Below are positions 1-9,948 of a stretch of DNA of 64,000 bases, one piece after another. Below the pieces are notes generated by a model. The model did no database searches and had not been told where the DNA came from. It saw only the letters and a list, made by a program, of their open reading frames with translations. Numbering within the stretch: position 1 is the first letter of the stretch; each line of letters opens with the position of its first letter. A program made the translations under genes and the position numbers. Source of the stretch: Nemertoderma westbladi (Eukaryota > Animalia > Xenacoelomorpha); NCBI GenBank assembly GCA_032718475.1, contig JAUCBJ010008529.1, positions 1 to 64,000 on the forward strand, given 5' to 3'.

Positions 1-169
1 TCTCGCACTCTAGTACACTCAATATGAATCTCCGCTCCCATGATCTATTAATTACTGGAATTTTGGGAATGTTATAAATTGCACAAATGACAATTTATGA
101 AATTCATTTGAATATGAATTTAAATTTATTCCCGTTAATTTTATTATTTGATGTTAAATTGACACAAAT

Positions 170-460
170 TTTATTCCAGAGCATGTCTGGGGACTCAGGA
201 TCCTTAATTCTATGAAATCGTCCTTTTAAGAATATCGGTAAATACTGCGATATCTTAATTGACTAGAAATTTTAAAGGATCTGAATTTTACAGATTTTAA
301 TAAATATTAAATTAATATTTAGGATGGGCACCGATTTATTCCAGAACTTGTCTGGGGACGTTAACCACTGATTCTAGAATTTGTCTTTCAAGTATATCGG
401 TGGGTGCCGCGATATCTTAATCGACTAGAATTACAGATGGTCAAAAAGTTTAACAGATTT
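170..460. repeat. Imperfect direct repeat, two copies about 165 bp apart, in the putative LTR
   Basis: TTTATTCCAGA-N5-TCTGGGGAC...ATATCGGT...GCGATATCTTAAT.GACTAGAA occurs at about 170-270 and about 335-430. Confidence 0.7.
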
Positions 461-980
461 ATTTGCGATTTACGCTACTGTTAGAGGGACATCACGCTAC
501 TATATGTATTATTTAATATAAGGTAGAAGAGCAATATCGCACGAAGCAATGTCAGTGTGAAGAGGCAAGTCGTTTCCAAGGTCTACCCAGAGCTTGGTTT
601 AGCCGAGACACGAGGATCTGAACTTTGCATTCCTAATACTCTGCCTACCAATAATACTTGAATATAGTAGTGGCTTTATTGTACTTTAATAAGTACTGAC
701 ATGTCATCTTACTATAGTCTCGCATTTATAATATAATACGGACAGTAAGGAAAGAGAAAAATAATTATTTCTTGCCGTCGCACTAAATATATTATAAGTA
801 ATTAAGTACGTAATAAACACTAATATATTGCACTAATTTACTAAATAATCGCTAAAATAACATTCTACTAAATAAAATTAAAGAAAACGATTATAATAAA
901 ATTACGTAATAATACATACATAAATATAAAATAAAAAACAAATATAAAATGATATAGTCACACACCCACTCCATATGTTA

Positions 981-3900
981 TTATGTTATGGAGTCCCTAG
1001 ATATTTGTCGGATTAGGGAAGTGGTCGTAGGAAGAGTATCTTGCCTTCCATAGTTTCCGGACAGTTTTTGGTCTCTTTCCAGTAAACATAAACGACCAGC
1101 TGGGTGATTGGGTTGTCGTGTTACTTTCTCCGCTCCCTTGGCCTGTCTAATCTCAGCCGGGTTAAGGTGGGGAGGCCATTCATCTTCTTCTTTACTTAGG
1201 GAGTCGGGTCCACCTAACCAGCCGGGAGTATCTATCCGTTCTTGAGGAGTCGCTCCTCTGGAAGCGATGTCGGCTAGATTAATCATCTCGGGGCGATGTC
1301 TCCATTGATCTTCATTGGAGTTAATATCGTCATTATCTGAGGAGTATGGTGTTCCCTCAGTTAGTTCGTCCACTTCACTGCTCTCCACTTCCAAACCATT
1401 TATCTGGTATAGTCTTTCTGATGGTAGTCTCTCTTCGAGAGTTCTGCGGGAAGGGCCAGTAAAGTACCAACCTACTCTAGTTCTTACCGCATAGGTTTGT
1501 AGTGGCTGCGGTTGAGCAGGTCGTTTTTCCAATGTCTCGAGCGCCTCGTGCGCGTTTTGGCCGATAAGTATTTGCACTCCAGGATAATCCGTCTGGAATC
1601 GAGGTATCTTAAGATGTTGGATGCTCTCATCCTCGTCCCAATTATAAAGGTCTGCTTGGGTAGTAGCGAAGTTCTTTATAGCCACTATTTTTACTGACCT
1701 TATACTTTGTGCTCCTAATTTATCCTGGGGGGTGGACAACGCACCTACATAGTAATCTGCCGTTATGGTAGATTTCCAAACCTGCATAATTCCGGACATA
1801 TTCAACTTAGTTTGGAATTTGGGTTGTCCAGCAAAGATATCTTCGGCTAGTTCTTGATCGATGAATGTTCCTGTGCTGCCGGAGTCAAGGAGTGCGTTCA
1901 CTATGTAACTTTTGTTGGGACCGTGAACTCTTACCTGCACTACAGGAAATTCTCTGATTCCTACATTGGAAGTTGGAGTTTTCCAAGATGGTGGTTTGTC
2001 AAAAGTAGTTGGGGGAAACTCATTGGTGGTGTCTTTTTCGTAAGTAAGTGCTCGATACACTGCGGTATTTATTAGGTAACAGGATTCGTTGGCGTCGGAG
2101 AATTCGTCCGTATAGAATCCTTCCCACTCAGAACTTTGGTCAGTGTCGTTCACATCACTGAATTGGACATGTGATTTGGGCTCACTTACCTGACTCGGGC
2201 TGTTTCGTTCGAATTCACTTTGTAACAAGATGTGATGTTTCGCACCGCACTTTGTACACTTTATGTCGGAGTAACAGGTTCGCCGCTGGTGTCCGCGTCT
2301 GAGGCAATTATAGCATAACCGCTTGTCCCAAACAACTGTACGTCTGTCTACAAGGGATTTCTTTAGGAATTCCGCACACGCACTCAAACGGTGGGGCCCG
2401 TCGCACAGCGCACAGTTGGGTTTAATGTTACTCACCTTATTTTGGGTGACGTTATGCACTCTAGTTCTTTCTTCGGGCTTTCTTCCGTGTACTCTGTTAG
2501 GAAACTGAAGAGGAGTCTTAGCAACCTGTTCTCTCCTGTCATGGGTTCGAGCTTTAGATTTACTTACGTTCTTTGAGGTCTTGTTAACATAGTAAAATTT
2601 CTCGGTGTCTTTCTCGCTGTCTTCTTCTTGAGAAGCTTGGCTTTCGCCGTCATCAGTATAACACACCGGTGTTACTCTTCTCCTAGAAACGGGTTTCTCA
2701 CTTACCTTATTTTCAGGTGTTTTCTCTCTGGATTGCTTTAGGAGTTGTAATTTCACCTCGCCATCCAAGAATGACACGAGATCAGCCATGGTAGGGTCTC
2801 GTTGTTGTTGTTCCATCGTATATAACACCTTCTTGTCCCAGCGTGTACCTACTCCACCCTTGGGCAAAGTAGATGCTAAGGCTCCTACAACCATAGAATT
2901 CTGGTATTCATGAGACTTACCTAACCAATCTAGTTGTCTACAGATCTCCTGAATCTCATCGGAAAACTCTATAATCCCGCTGCTAAGAAACTTTCGGGGG
3001 GCCATTAATTTCGCATATAAATACCTAGCTATGTTAGTCCTATTACCATACCTGATGTTTAATGTATCCCAAACTTGTCTTAATCCATCTGGATGTCCAA
3101 TAAATTTTAACGCCATTAACTTGGGAGGTCCTTCCAAGCATTCGATGAGGTATCTGAGTTTCTCTCCGTTAGATAGCACAGAATTCTGTATGTTATCTTT
3201 GTAATATTCATTAAAAGGTAACCATTTCATCTCATCTCCATTGAACTTGTCTATCTCTCCAACCTTTACCGCTTGACGGGCTTCGGTTCTAGCCATTTGA
3301 CGCGTAAAACTTTCTTGGGCCATCGTGTTATTGAATATCGAGTTATCGGTATATAAATTTCTCGGATTATTATCAGGTCTATTGGGAATGTCATTAACAA
3401 CAGGCGTATAATCACCCTTAATAGGGTTTGCTATAGGAGTTTCTACTTCACTAGCAGTATAGATGCGTGTAGGCTCCACACCTTGCGCATGTAATACTTC
3501 AGACCTAACAGGCTGACACACTGTTACAGGGGTTATTGGTATTCCCTTTTGTAGGTTGACTAATTTGTCGCATTCTAGTGAGATACTTTGCTGCACTTTT
3601 TGCAACTCTAACCTACTTTCCCTTACTGTTCCCTTGAGCTGCTGAACAGTCTCTTCCATTTCCCTGACTTGCTGAGAGGAGCACAAACAGTGTTCCCTCA
3701 GCTGCTCGAGCAGGAGACCCATCTCCCGTCGTCCCTCAGCTACCCACTCAACCGCCGAAGCGGGAGTCGCCAACGTAGTAGCGGGCGAGCGAGAGACGAC
3801 GGGCGATAAATTCTTGATACCTCGCTCGGCGTCCAGGACGGGTTCGGACTCGGGAACAGTCCTACTGGGCACAGGTAGTCTTCTGGTTTGTTTCTTCAAG

Positions 3901-4088
3901 TAATCTTGTTTCGCCTGAAGGTTTTCCAGCTCTAGTTGGATAGTCGCTTCAGACGTCTTCCGTTCTGCTTCTGCCACTGCCTCTGCCGCTTTTCTGTCTT
4001 CTCTCCTTTCAAGACACTGTCCAAGTCGACGACTCATTCTAAAACCCTTTAAGAAACTATCTGACAATGTTTGTGTTGTGTCAGACAT
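981..4088 (-). CDS. BEL/Pao LTR-retrotransposon-derived Gag-protease polyprotein (1035 aa) lacking RT and integrase core
   Basis: Coiled-coil N-terminus and BEL Gag motif (KFNGDEMKW...EKLRYLIECLEG). Three zinc knuckles: CALCDGPHRLSAC, CYNCLRRGHQRRTC, CTKCGAKHHILL. Protease motif ALLDSGS and YAVRTRVGW. These are followed directly by a Pao RNase H tail remnant (QWRH...NLADIASRG...W..GP..L...WP) and an RLCLLE C-terminal-like motif. Confidence 0.9.
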   Translation of the reverse strand: MSDTTQTLSDSFLKGFRMSRRLGQCLERREDRKAAEAVAEAERKTSEATIQLELENLQAKQDYLKKQTRRLPVPSRTVPESEPVLDAERGIKNLSPVVSRSPATTLATPASAVEWVAEGRREMGLLLEQLREHCLCSSQQVREMEETVQQLKGTVRESRLELQKVQQSISLECDKLVNLQKGIPITPVTVCQPVRSEVLHAQGVEPTRIYTASEVETPIANPIKGDYTPVVNDIPNRPDNNPRNLYTDNSIFNNTMAQESFTRQMARTEARQAVKVGEIDKFNGDEMKWLPFNEYYKDNIQNSVLSNGEKLRYLIECLEGPPKLMALKFIGHPDGLRQVWDTLNIRYGNRTNIARYLYAKLMAPRKFLSSGIIEFSDEIQEICRQLDWLGKSHEYQNSMVVGALASTLPKGGVGTRWDKKVLYTMEQQQRDPTMADLVSFLDGEVKLQLLKQSREKTPENKVSEKPVSRRRVTPVCYTDDGESQASQEEDSEKDTEKFYYVNKTSKNVSKSKARTHDRREQVAKTPLQFPNRVHGRKPEERTRVHNVTQNKVSNIKPNCALCDGPHRLSACAEFLKKSLVDRRTVVWDKRLCYNCLRRGHQRRTCYSDIKCTKCGAKHHILLQSEFERNSPSQVSEPKSHVQFSDVNDTDQSSEWEGFYTDEFSDANESCYLINTAVYRALTYEKDTTNEFPPTTFDKPPSWKTPTSNVGIREFPVVQVRVHGPNKSYIVNALLDSGSTGTFIDQELAEDIFAGQPKFQTKLNMSGIMQVWKSTITADYYVGALSTPQDKLGAQSIRSVKIVAIKNFATTQADLYNWDEDESIQHLKIPRFQTDYPGVQILIGQNAHEALETLEKRPAQPQPLQTYAVRTRVGWYFTGPSRRTLEERLPSERLYQINGLEVESSEVDELTEGTPYSSDNDDINSNEDQWRHRPEMINLADIASRGATPQERIDTPGWLGGPDSLSKEEDEWPPHLNPAEIRQAKGAEKVTRQPNHPAGRLCLLERDQKLSGNYGRQDTLPTTTSLIRQISRDSIT

Positions 4089-4199
4089 TTCGCTTTATAC
4101 AGTTGGATGCCTACTGCTATATATACAGTTAAAGCAAGTCTAGTAATTCAGTATCACTGCTAGCCTAATAATTAATTACCGATACTGCTACTCAATGTA

Positions 4200-4475
4200 G
4201 CGTGATATATATATATAATATATTAGAATACCGGTATGCTTATAGTATATATAAGTATTATTACAGACTAGATTTGTCACAGAGTACCGGTATATAATTT
4301 TAGCACAAATATATATAAATATATAATAGGCCTATCGTGAATACCGGTATACAGCTGACACTTATAGTATATATAAGTATAATTATTACTAGAATTAATT
4401 ACAGAACACCGGTATGATCCCAGCTCAAATCTACAGAAATAAATATAATAAGCCTATGGTAAATACCGGTATATC
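4200..4475. repeat. Degenerate ~120 bp repeats with recurrent ACCGGTAT motif in the element leader
   Basis: GAATACCGGTAT...CTTATAGTATATATAAGTAT occurs at about 4227 and about 4340. ACCGGTAT recurs about five times. Confidence 0.55.
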
Positions 4476-5449
4476 AATTATTTTAGAATAATTGAATTTC
4501 TGAATATTTTAGGGTTACTTGGTTACTTTAACTTACTTTGTTACCGTTATTTAAACAGTAGTCCAACTGATATTGAGACCTAGTTGTTGTATGGCAGGCC
4601 TACTATTTATAAATCGTTTGAGTTGATTTATAATATTTATATACCCGTTTAAAAGGGTTTTGTCAATATTTGAAATAAATGTTATTATTTCTGGGGGGTC
4701 ACTACACAGAAGCTGAACGCTCTCAGTGAAGTGCTATTTATTTGACACTAAAACTGATAATTCTAATTTACCTAAGTTACTTAATACTACGAATTACTTA
4801 CGATACGGGTGAGATTAATTCTCTAATTAAACACAACAAAATATTACGTACAAAATTTTTAGGGTAATTTTACAGGAAGTCTACAAACCAGTCCAACAAA
4901 GGGTTAGATTTCTGGTTTATTACAAAGGACAGGGTACTACGGTATTTAAATAATAAGTAGTAGTAAATATATTGTACTGTCCAGATAGGAAAATATCACC
5001 GCCTGACGACCTATAACCGTATCGCTATAGGTACTACGTTATGTATCACGGATTGTTCCTACCCAGAAGCTAATAGAGCTAACGAATGTGCCTATCAACC
5101 ACTTTACAACACAAATATACTGCCTACACTAATTACTTCGGAAAGCACTGTACACTAAACCCTAAATTAGGTACAAGTACCGGTATAACAAATAATCAGT
5201 AGTTAAATATACTTGAACAGTTAAAAGAACCACAGCATCTGCTGGAGTGACCGAAGCACAAAGTCGTCAGTCTTTACCTACGCCAAGCAGCCCTGATGTA
5301 GTACTGGGGTTAGTTTAACTATAACGGTATGTATAACAAACACAATTACTGTAGGAATAAACTTGGGGACATGAATGTTGCGAATAATCGCATAAACTCT
5401 GAATAATAAATATTACGCTACCCGTACAGAATACTCAAACAAATACAAA

Positions 5450-5980
5450 CCAAAACGCTGGCAGACTACCGCCAAGCCTAAATAAACTACCGTACGTGTA
5501 GATTCTGAAATAGTTAGTTAGTATGCGTTCTAACACGGTAGTACGACTTATTCTTTAAGAGGGGATAGACCTTACCGCTATGGCTGCCCCAACTTACTAA
5601 CGGAGCTTTATCAGACAAACTCTACACACGCAGCAATCTCTTCAGACCTAATAATAGCTAGACAACAATCCAGCCTACAAAATATCTGAGTAATAACTAT
5701 TACGGTACCTGAACAGACCACACAAACAAACACAGGCTAAAACACTGGCAGACTACGATCAAGCCCAAATAAACTACAGTATATGCAGATTCTGAAATAG
5801 TTAGTTAGTATGCGTTCTAACACGGTAGTACGACTTATTCTTTAAGAGGGGATTGACCTTCAGCATATGGCTGCCCCAACTTACTAACGGCACTTTATCA
5901 GACCAACTCTACACACACCGTAATCTCTCTAAACTCAACACAGTCAGACAGCAGCTCAACCTACAATTATCTGAACAATC
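5450..5980. repeat. 287 bp direct tandem duplication in the element leader
   Basis: GATTCTGAAATAGTTAGTTAGTATGCGTTCTAACACGG... is at 5501 and 5788. The core is nearly identical and the flanks diverge. Confidence 0.9.
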
Positions 5981-7565
5981 TGAGCAGGGTCACACGCCTT
6001 CTGCTCAATATTAGCCTACTAGTAAATAAAACCGACAGAAATAAGTAAACTATACAAAAGAATGAGGGGTGATCAATCCCTATTCCCCTGGCAGCCTACA
6101 ATATACAATAGATCACAATCGAAATAATACTAAATGTACTTGTACAGCAGTACCGGTACCGGTGATGACAGTTAGGCCTACTGACCTACAGAAGTACCGG
6201 TTCAGTTTTACCGGTCACTACGGTATTTTGCAACCTTATTGCTTACTGCAATAAGATCGATAACTGTTACTGTTCGCCAGAACAGTATTAAACTGTATTT
6301 AATACCTACACTGCAATACAAGATAACTGTTACTGTTCGCGCTTTTGAAGACCTTTAGCAGTTTAACCTGCCAAAATTTATATGTCTTTTAGTTAATTAA
6401 CACACCTTTAGCATACGACAATATTTTATGCTAATAAACAAAACATTAGCCGAAGCCAGCCCATGCGCGATCATTCACCCGATGGATCTACACCCGGGAG
6501 GCTGAATTCGGATGCTTAGATTTTATTATTGCAGTGTAAGGTTGCAGTGTAAGCCTACTGTATTATTCGATTGATCGCTAATATGTAATTTCTGACAGAT
6601 ATTATTAACTTTCGGGAAATATTAACAGTTCCTTTAGGACGTGGCGCTCTATCTATTTAAACAGAGCTAGGACTTATACTAAACGCAACGATAAGGCTTA
6701 TGATTAAAGTATAAGTCGCATTCTTTAGGAAATGCTTTGTTACCAGTCACATCACACTCACAATCATGCACACTATTCTGCCGACCGTCAGTATATTTGA
6801 TCACACATAAAGAGAACAGCAATTGACTCAGGTAGTGTCTACTAAATAACATTAGATTCAATACACACCACATTGATATAAATCGCAATTGTTATATATA
6901 GCCCGCCTCTCTAACCTGTAGTGTATCAAGAAAATTGGGAATTTTGGGTGATTTATCCGTATTCTCCAAAGAGCAATATTTCCATCAACAAATAGATACA
7001 ATTAATAACTGACGGTAAATAGCAGTACAAACAATATGATTAGTGCAGTTAAATTAAGTGAGGTAACACCGCCGGTAACAGTTATACTTTCTATAATCTA
7101 AGCAGTTTACTAGAGTTCTTCCCAAAAAGCCGGTGTTTCTGGCTTAGACAGCAATAACAACAAAGTATCAAGTAAGGCAGTAAGACTGAACACTCTCCTT
7201 ATGATCGGCTGAAAAGCTACACGTCGACAGGAAAAATCGCTCTGATTGGCTCAAGCCAAACAAAGAACCATGCGTCCAATGGCTGTTTCCATGTCAGCAA
7301 CCAGCTGTTAGATGTCGTAATATGAATCATCACGGCTAAGCTGTGAAAGGTAGTTGGTGCATTACAGGTTTTTTGCCTTACCATGTCCGCCAAAACACGT
7401 ATATAGCAGAATGACTTTTATGTCCGTTAAAACACCTGTAACGGTACCTTGCGGGCGAGGGGAATATATATACAGTTAGAGAACCTTTTTAGAGTATTCC
7501 AGCGCCTGGGGGGAAACTGGATTGCGAAGCAAAAGGGGCCAGTTATATCCCACAGAAGCTTTTAC

Positions 7566-8851
7566 AACTTTAATGCAAGTCTGCATCAATAACCTACATC
7601 GCCCTTTGACTATAGCGATAGTGTTAACCGAAATTCCGTCAATCTTCAGGATTTCATTTCTGGAAATGGATTGTTTTTGGCTGGAACCCAGTTCAAGAAG
7701 CGAACTGGAAAGCTATGGACTCATAGTGGAACCAGTGGTCACAAGTCCCAGATAGACCATATCCTGTTTCGTAGGAAATACAGGAGCTCTATACAAGACT
7801 GTAATGTATTTACACTTCGACCCTTCTCCAGTGATCACCGCCTTATTGTGGCCAAGGTAAGACTTAGTCTGCGTGCTAGCAGAACTTGCAACAGCCAAGT
7901 GTGAGATCCAGCTTCACACTACAGCTGAGCAACAGGTATGAGGTTCTTGCCTCTGAGGCGGCAGATCACTGCGAAGGCTATACTGCCTTCACAGAAGCAG
8001 TTAAGTTAGCAGCTGCAGAAACAGCTGTATACTGTACTCTTCTACTTTCTGTATACTCTCGAAACAGGAAAAAGGCCCCCTGGACTGACCACAAAATTCG
8101 GAAGTGCTGAAATGATCTCTATAAGGCGCAAAAAGAGTCCCGACTCAAACAGACTACAGCGGCCAAGAATGCAGTTAAGGCTGCATCTAGGTCCCTGAAC
8201 AGGCAGTACTCTGTTAATCTACAAGAGCTAATAAAGCAACAGGTTGATGCCATTAATGATCATTAAATAAATTGGAGATGAGCTGTTGCAACTGTAATTA
8301 AAGACAAACACCATAATGAACAAACCCATAATATTACACCATTAATGATCATCGACGACAGCAGGCAATCATCTCAAGCATGGAAATCGATCAATCTGCT
8401 TACTGGGCGGAAAAGCCAACCAACCACCAAGGTTAAGGCTGAATCACCAGCCGATCGCCTCAATGGTTGGAAGGCCCACTTTGAAAAGCTCCTCAATAAT
8501 GACAGGGTATTGCCTGATAACTTTATAGAAGTAAAAGTGTATGAGTCTGTACTCCCAGATATTCCCATTGGTAATATCTCCTTTGCAGCAGTGAAGGCTG
8601 CTGCAAAGAGCATTAAGACCAATCGTGCCAGTGGAGTAGATGGTTTTCCCCCTGAGGTCTTTAAAATACCTGAGTGTTTAAAGCTCATCTATCCCATCAT
8701 AGTAGACATGTACCGAACAAAAAGAGTCCCACAAGAAATGAAAACAAATAAGTTGGTGCCAGTTCCCAAGAAGGGCAACCTAACACTCTATGGTTCTTTT
8801 CGGGGAATCTTATTGATCTCGATTGCTGCAAAGCTATACGATAGAAGTATA
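7566..8851 (+). mobile_element. Degenerate RTE-like non-LTR retrotransposon fragment (endonuclease C-terminus to start of RT)
   Basis: Motifs FNASL, FKKRTGKLWT, SQIDHILFRRKYRSSIQDC, SDHRLIVAKVRLSLR, RASGVDGFPPEVFK and LVPVPKKGNL...FRGILLISIAAKLYDRSI. Several stops and frameshifts. Confidence 0.85.
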
Positions 8852-8858
8852 GACCTAG

Positions 8859-9938
8859 ATGCAGACCCACGGCACCCAGCGGGTCTCCGGTTCCTGCATC
8901 CAGACCCACGGCACCCAGCGGGTCTCCGTTCCCTGCGTGTAGACCCACGGCACCCAGCGGGTCTCCGTTCCCTGCGTCCAGTCCCACGGCACCCGGCGGG
9001 TCTCCGTTCCCTAAATGCAGACCCACGGCACCCGGCGGGTCTTGGGTCCCTGCGTGTAGACCCACGGCACCCAGCGGGTCTCCGTTCCCTGCGTGTAGAC
9101 CCACGACACCCAGCGGGTCTCCGTTCCCTGCGTGTAGACCCACGGCACCCGGCGGGTCTCCGGTCCCTGCATGTAGACCCACGGCACCCAGCGGGTCTCC
9201 GTTCCCTGAATGCAGACCCACGGCACCCGGCGGGTCTTGGGTCCCTGCGTGTAGACCCACGGCACCCAGCGGGTCTCCGTTCCCTGCGTGTAGACCCACG
9301 ACACCCAGCGGGTCTCCGTTCCCTGCGTGTAGACCCACGGCACCCGGCGGGTCTCCGGTCCCTGCATGTAGACCCACGGCACCCAGCAGGTCTCCGTTCC
9401 CTGCGTGTAGACCCACGGCACCCGGCGGGTCTCCGGTCCCTGCATGTAGACCCACGGCACCCAGCGGGTCTCCGGTCCCTGCGTCCGGACCCACGGCACC
9501 CGGCGGGTCTCAGGTCCCTGCGTCCAGACCCACGGCACCCAGCGGGTCTCCGTTCCCTGCGTGTAGACCCACGGCACCCAGCGGGTCTCCGTTCCCTGAA
9601 TGCAGACCCACGGCACCCGGCGGGTCTTGGGTCCCTGCGTGTAGACCCACGGCACCCAGCGGGTCTCCGTTCCCTGCGTGTAGACCCACGACACCCAGCG
9701 GGTCTCCGTTCCCTGCGTGTAGACCCACGGCACCCGGCGGGTCTCCGGTCCCTGCATGTAGACCCACGGCACCCAGCAGGTCTCCGGTCCCTGCGTCCGG
9801 ACCCACGGCACCCGGCGGGTCTCAGGTCCCTGCGTCCAGACCCACGGCACCCAGCGGGTCTCCGGACCCTGCATCCAGACCCACGGCACCCAGCGGGTCT
9901 CTGTTCCCTGCGTGCAGACCCATGGCACCCAGCGGGTC
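8859..9938 (+). repeat. GC-rich 39 bp minisatellite, about 28 copies, at the 5' end of the CR1-like LINE
   Basis: Unit GACCCACGGCACCCAGCGGGTCTCCGTTCCCTGCGTGTA. Confidence 0.97.
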
Positions 9939-9948
9939 AAACTCAAAC

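Larger units (their letters stand above)
1..6650 (-). mobile_element. Non-autonomous BEL/Pao LTR element; boundaries uncertain
   Basis: Contains the Gag-PR ORF. A PPT-like GGAGTGGGTG followed by TGTGAC lies just after the stop (about 972-957, minus strand), suggesting the 3' LTR runs left from about 962. A long AT-rich leader with internal repeats lies upstream of the ATG. I found no matching 5' LTR copy or PBS. Confidence 0.55.

Noticed and set aside
6440-6530. Possible HDV-like ribozyme on the minus strand (CAGCCTCCCGG...CTTCGGCTAA)
   Set aside because: I could not build consistent P1.1 and P2 pairings by eye. An Infernal search would be needed.
6300-7500. 5' LTR and primer-binding site of the BEL element
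   Set aside because: No match to the sequence left of 962 and no recognisable tRNA-complementary PBS.
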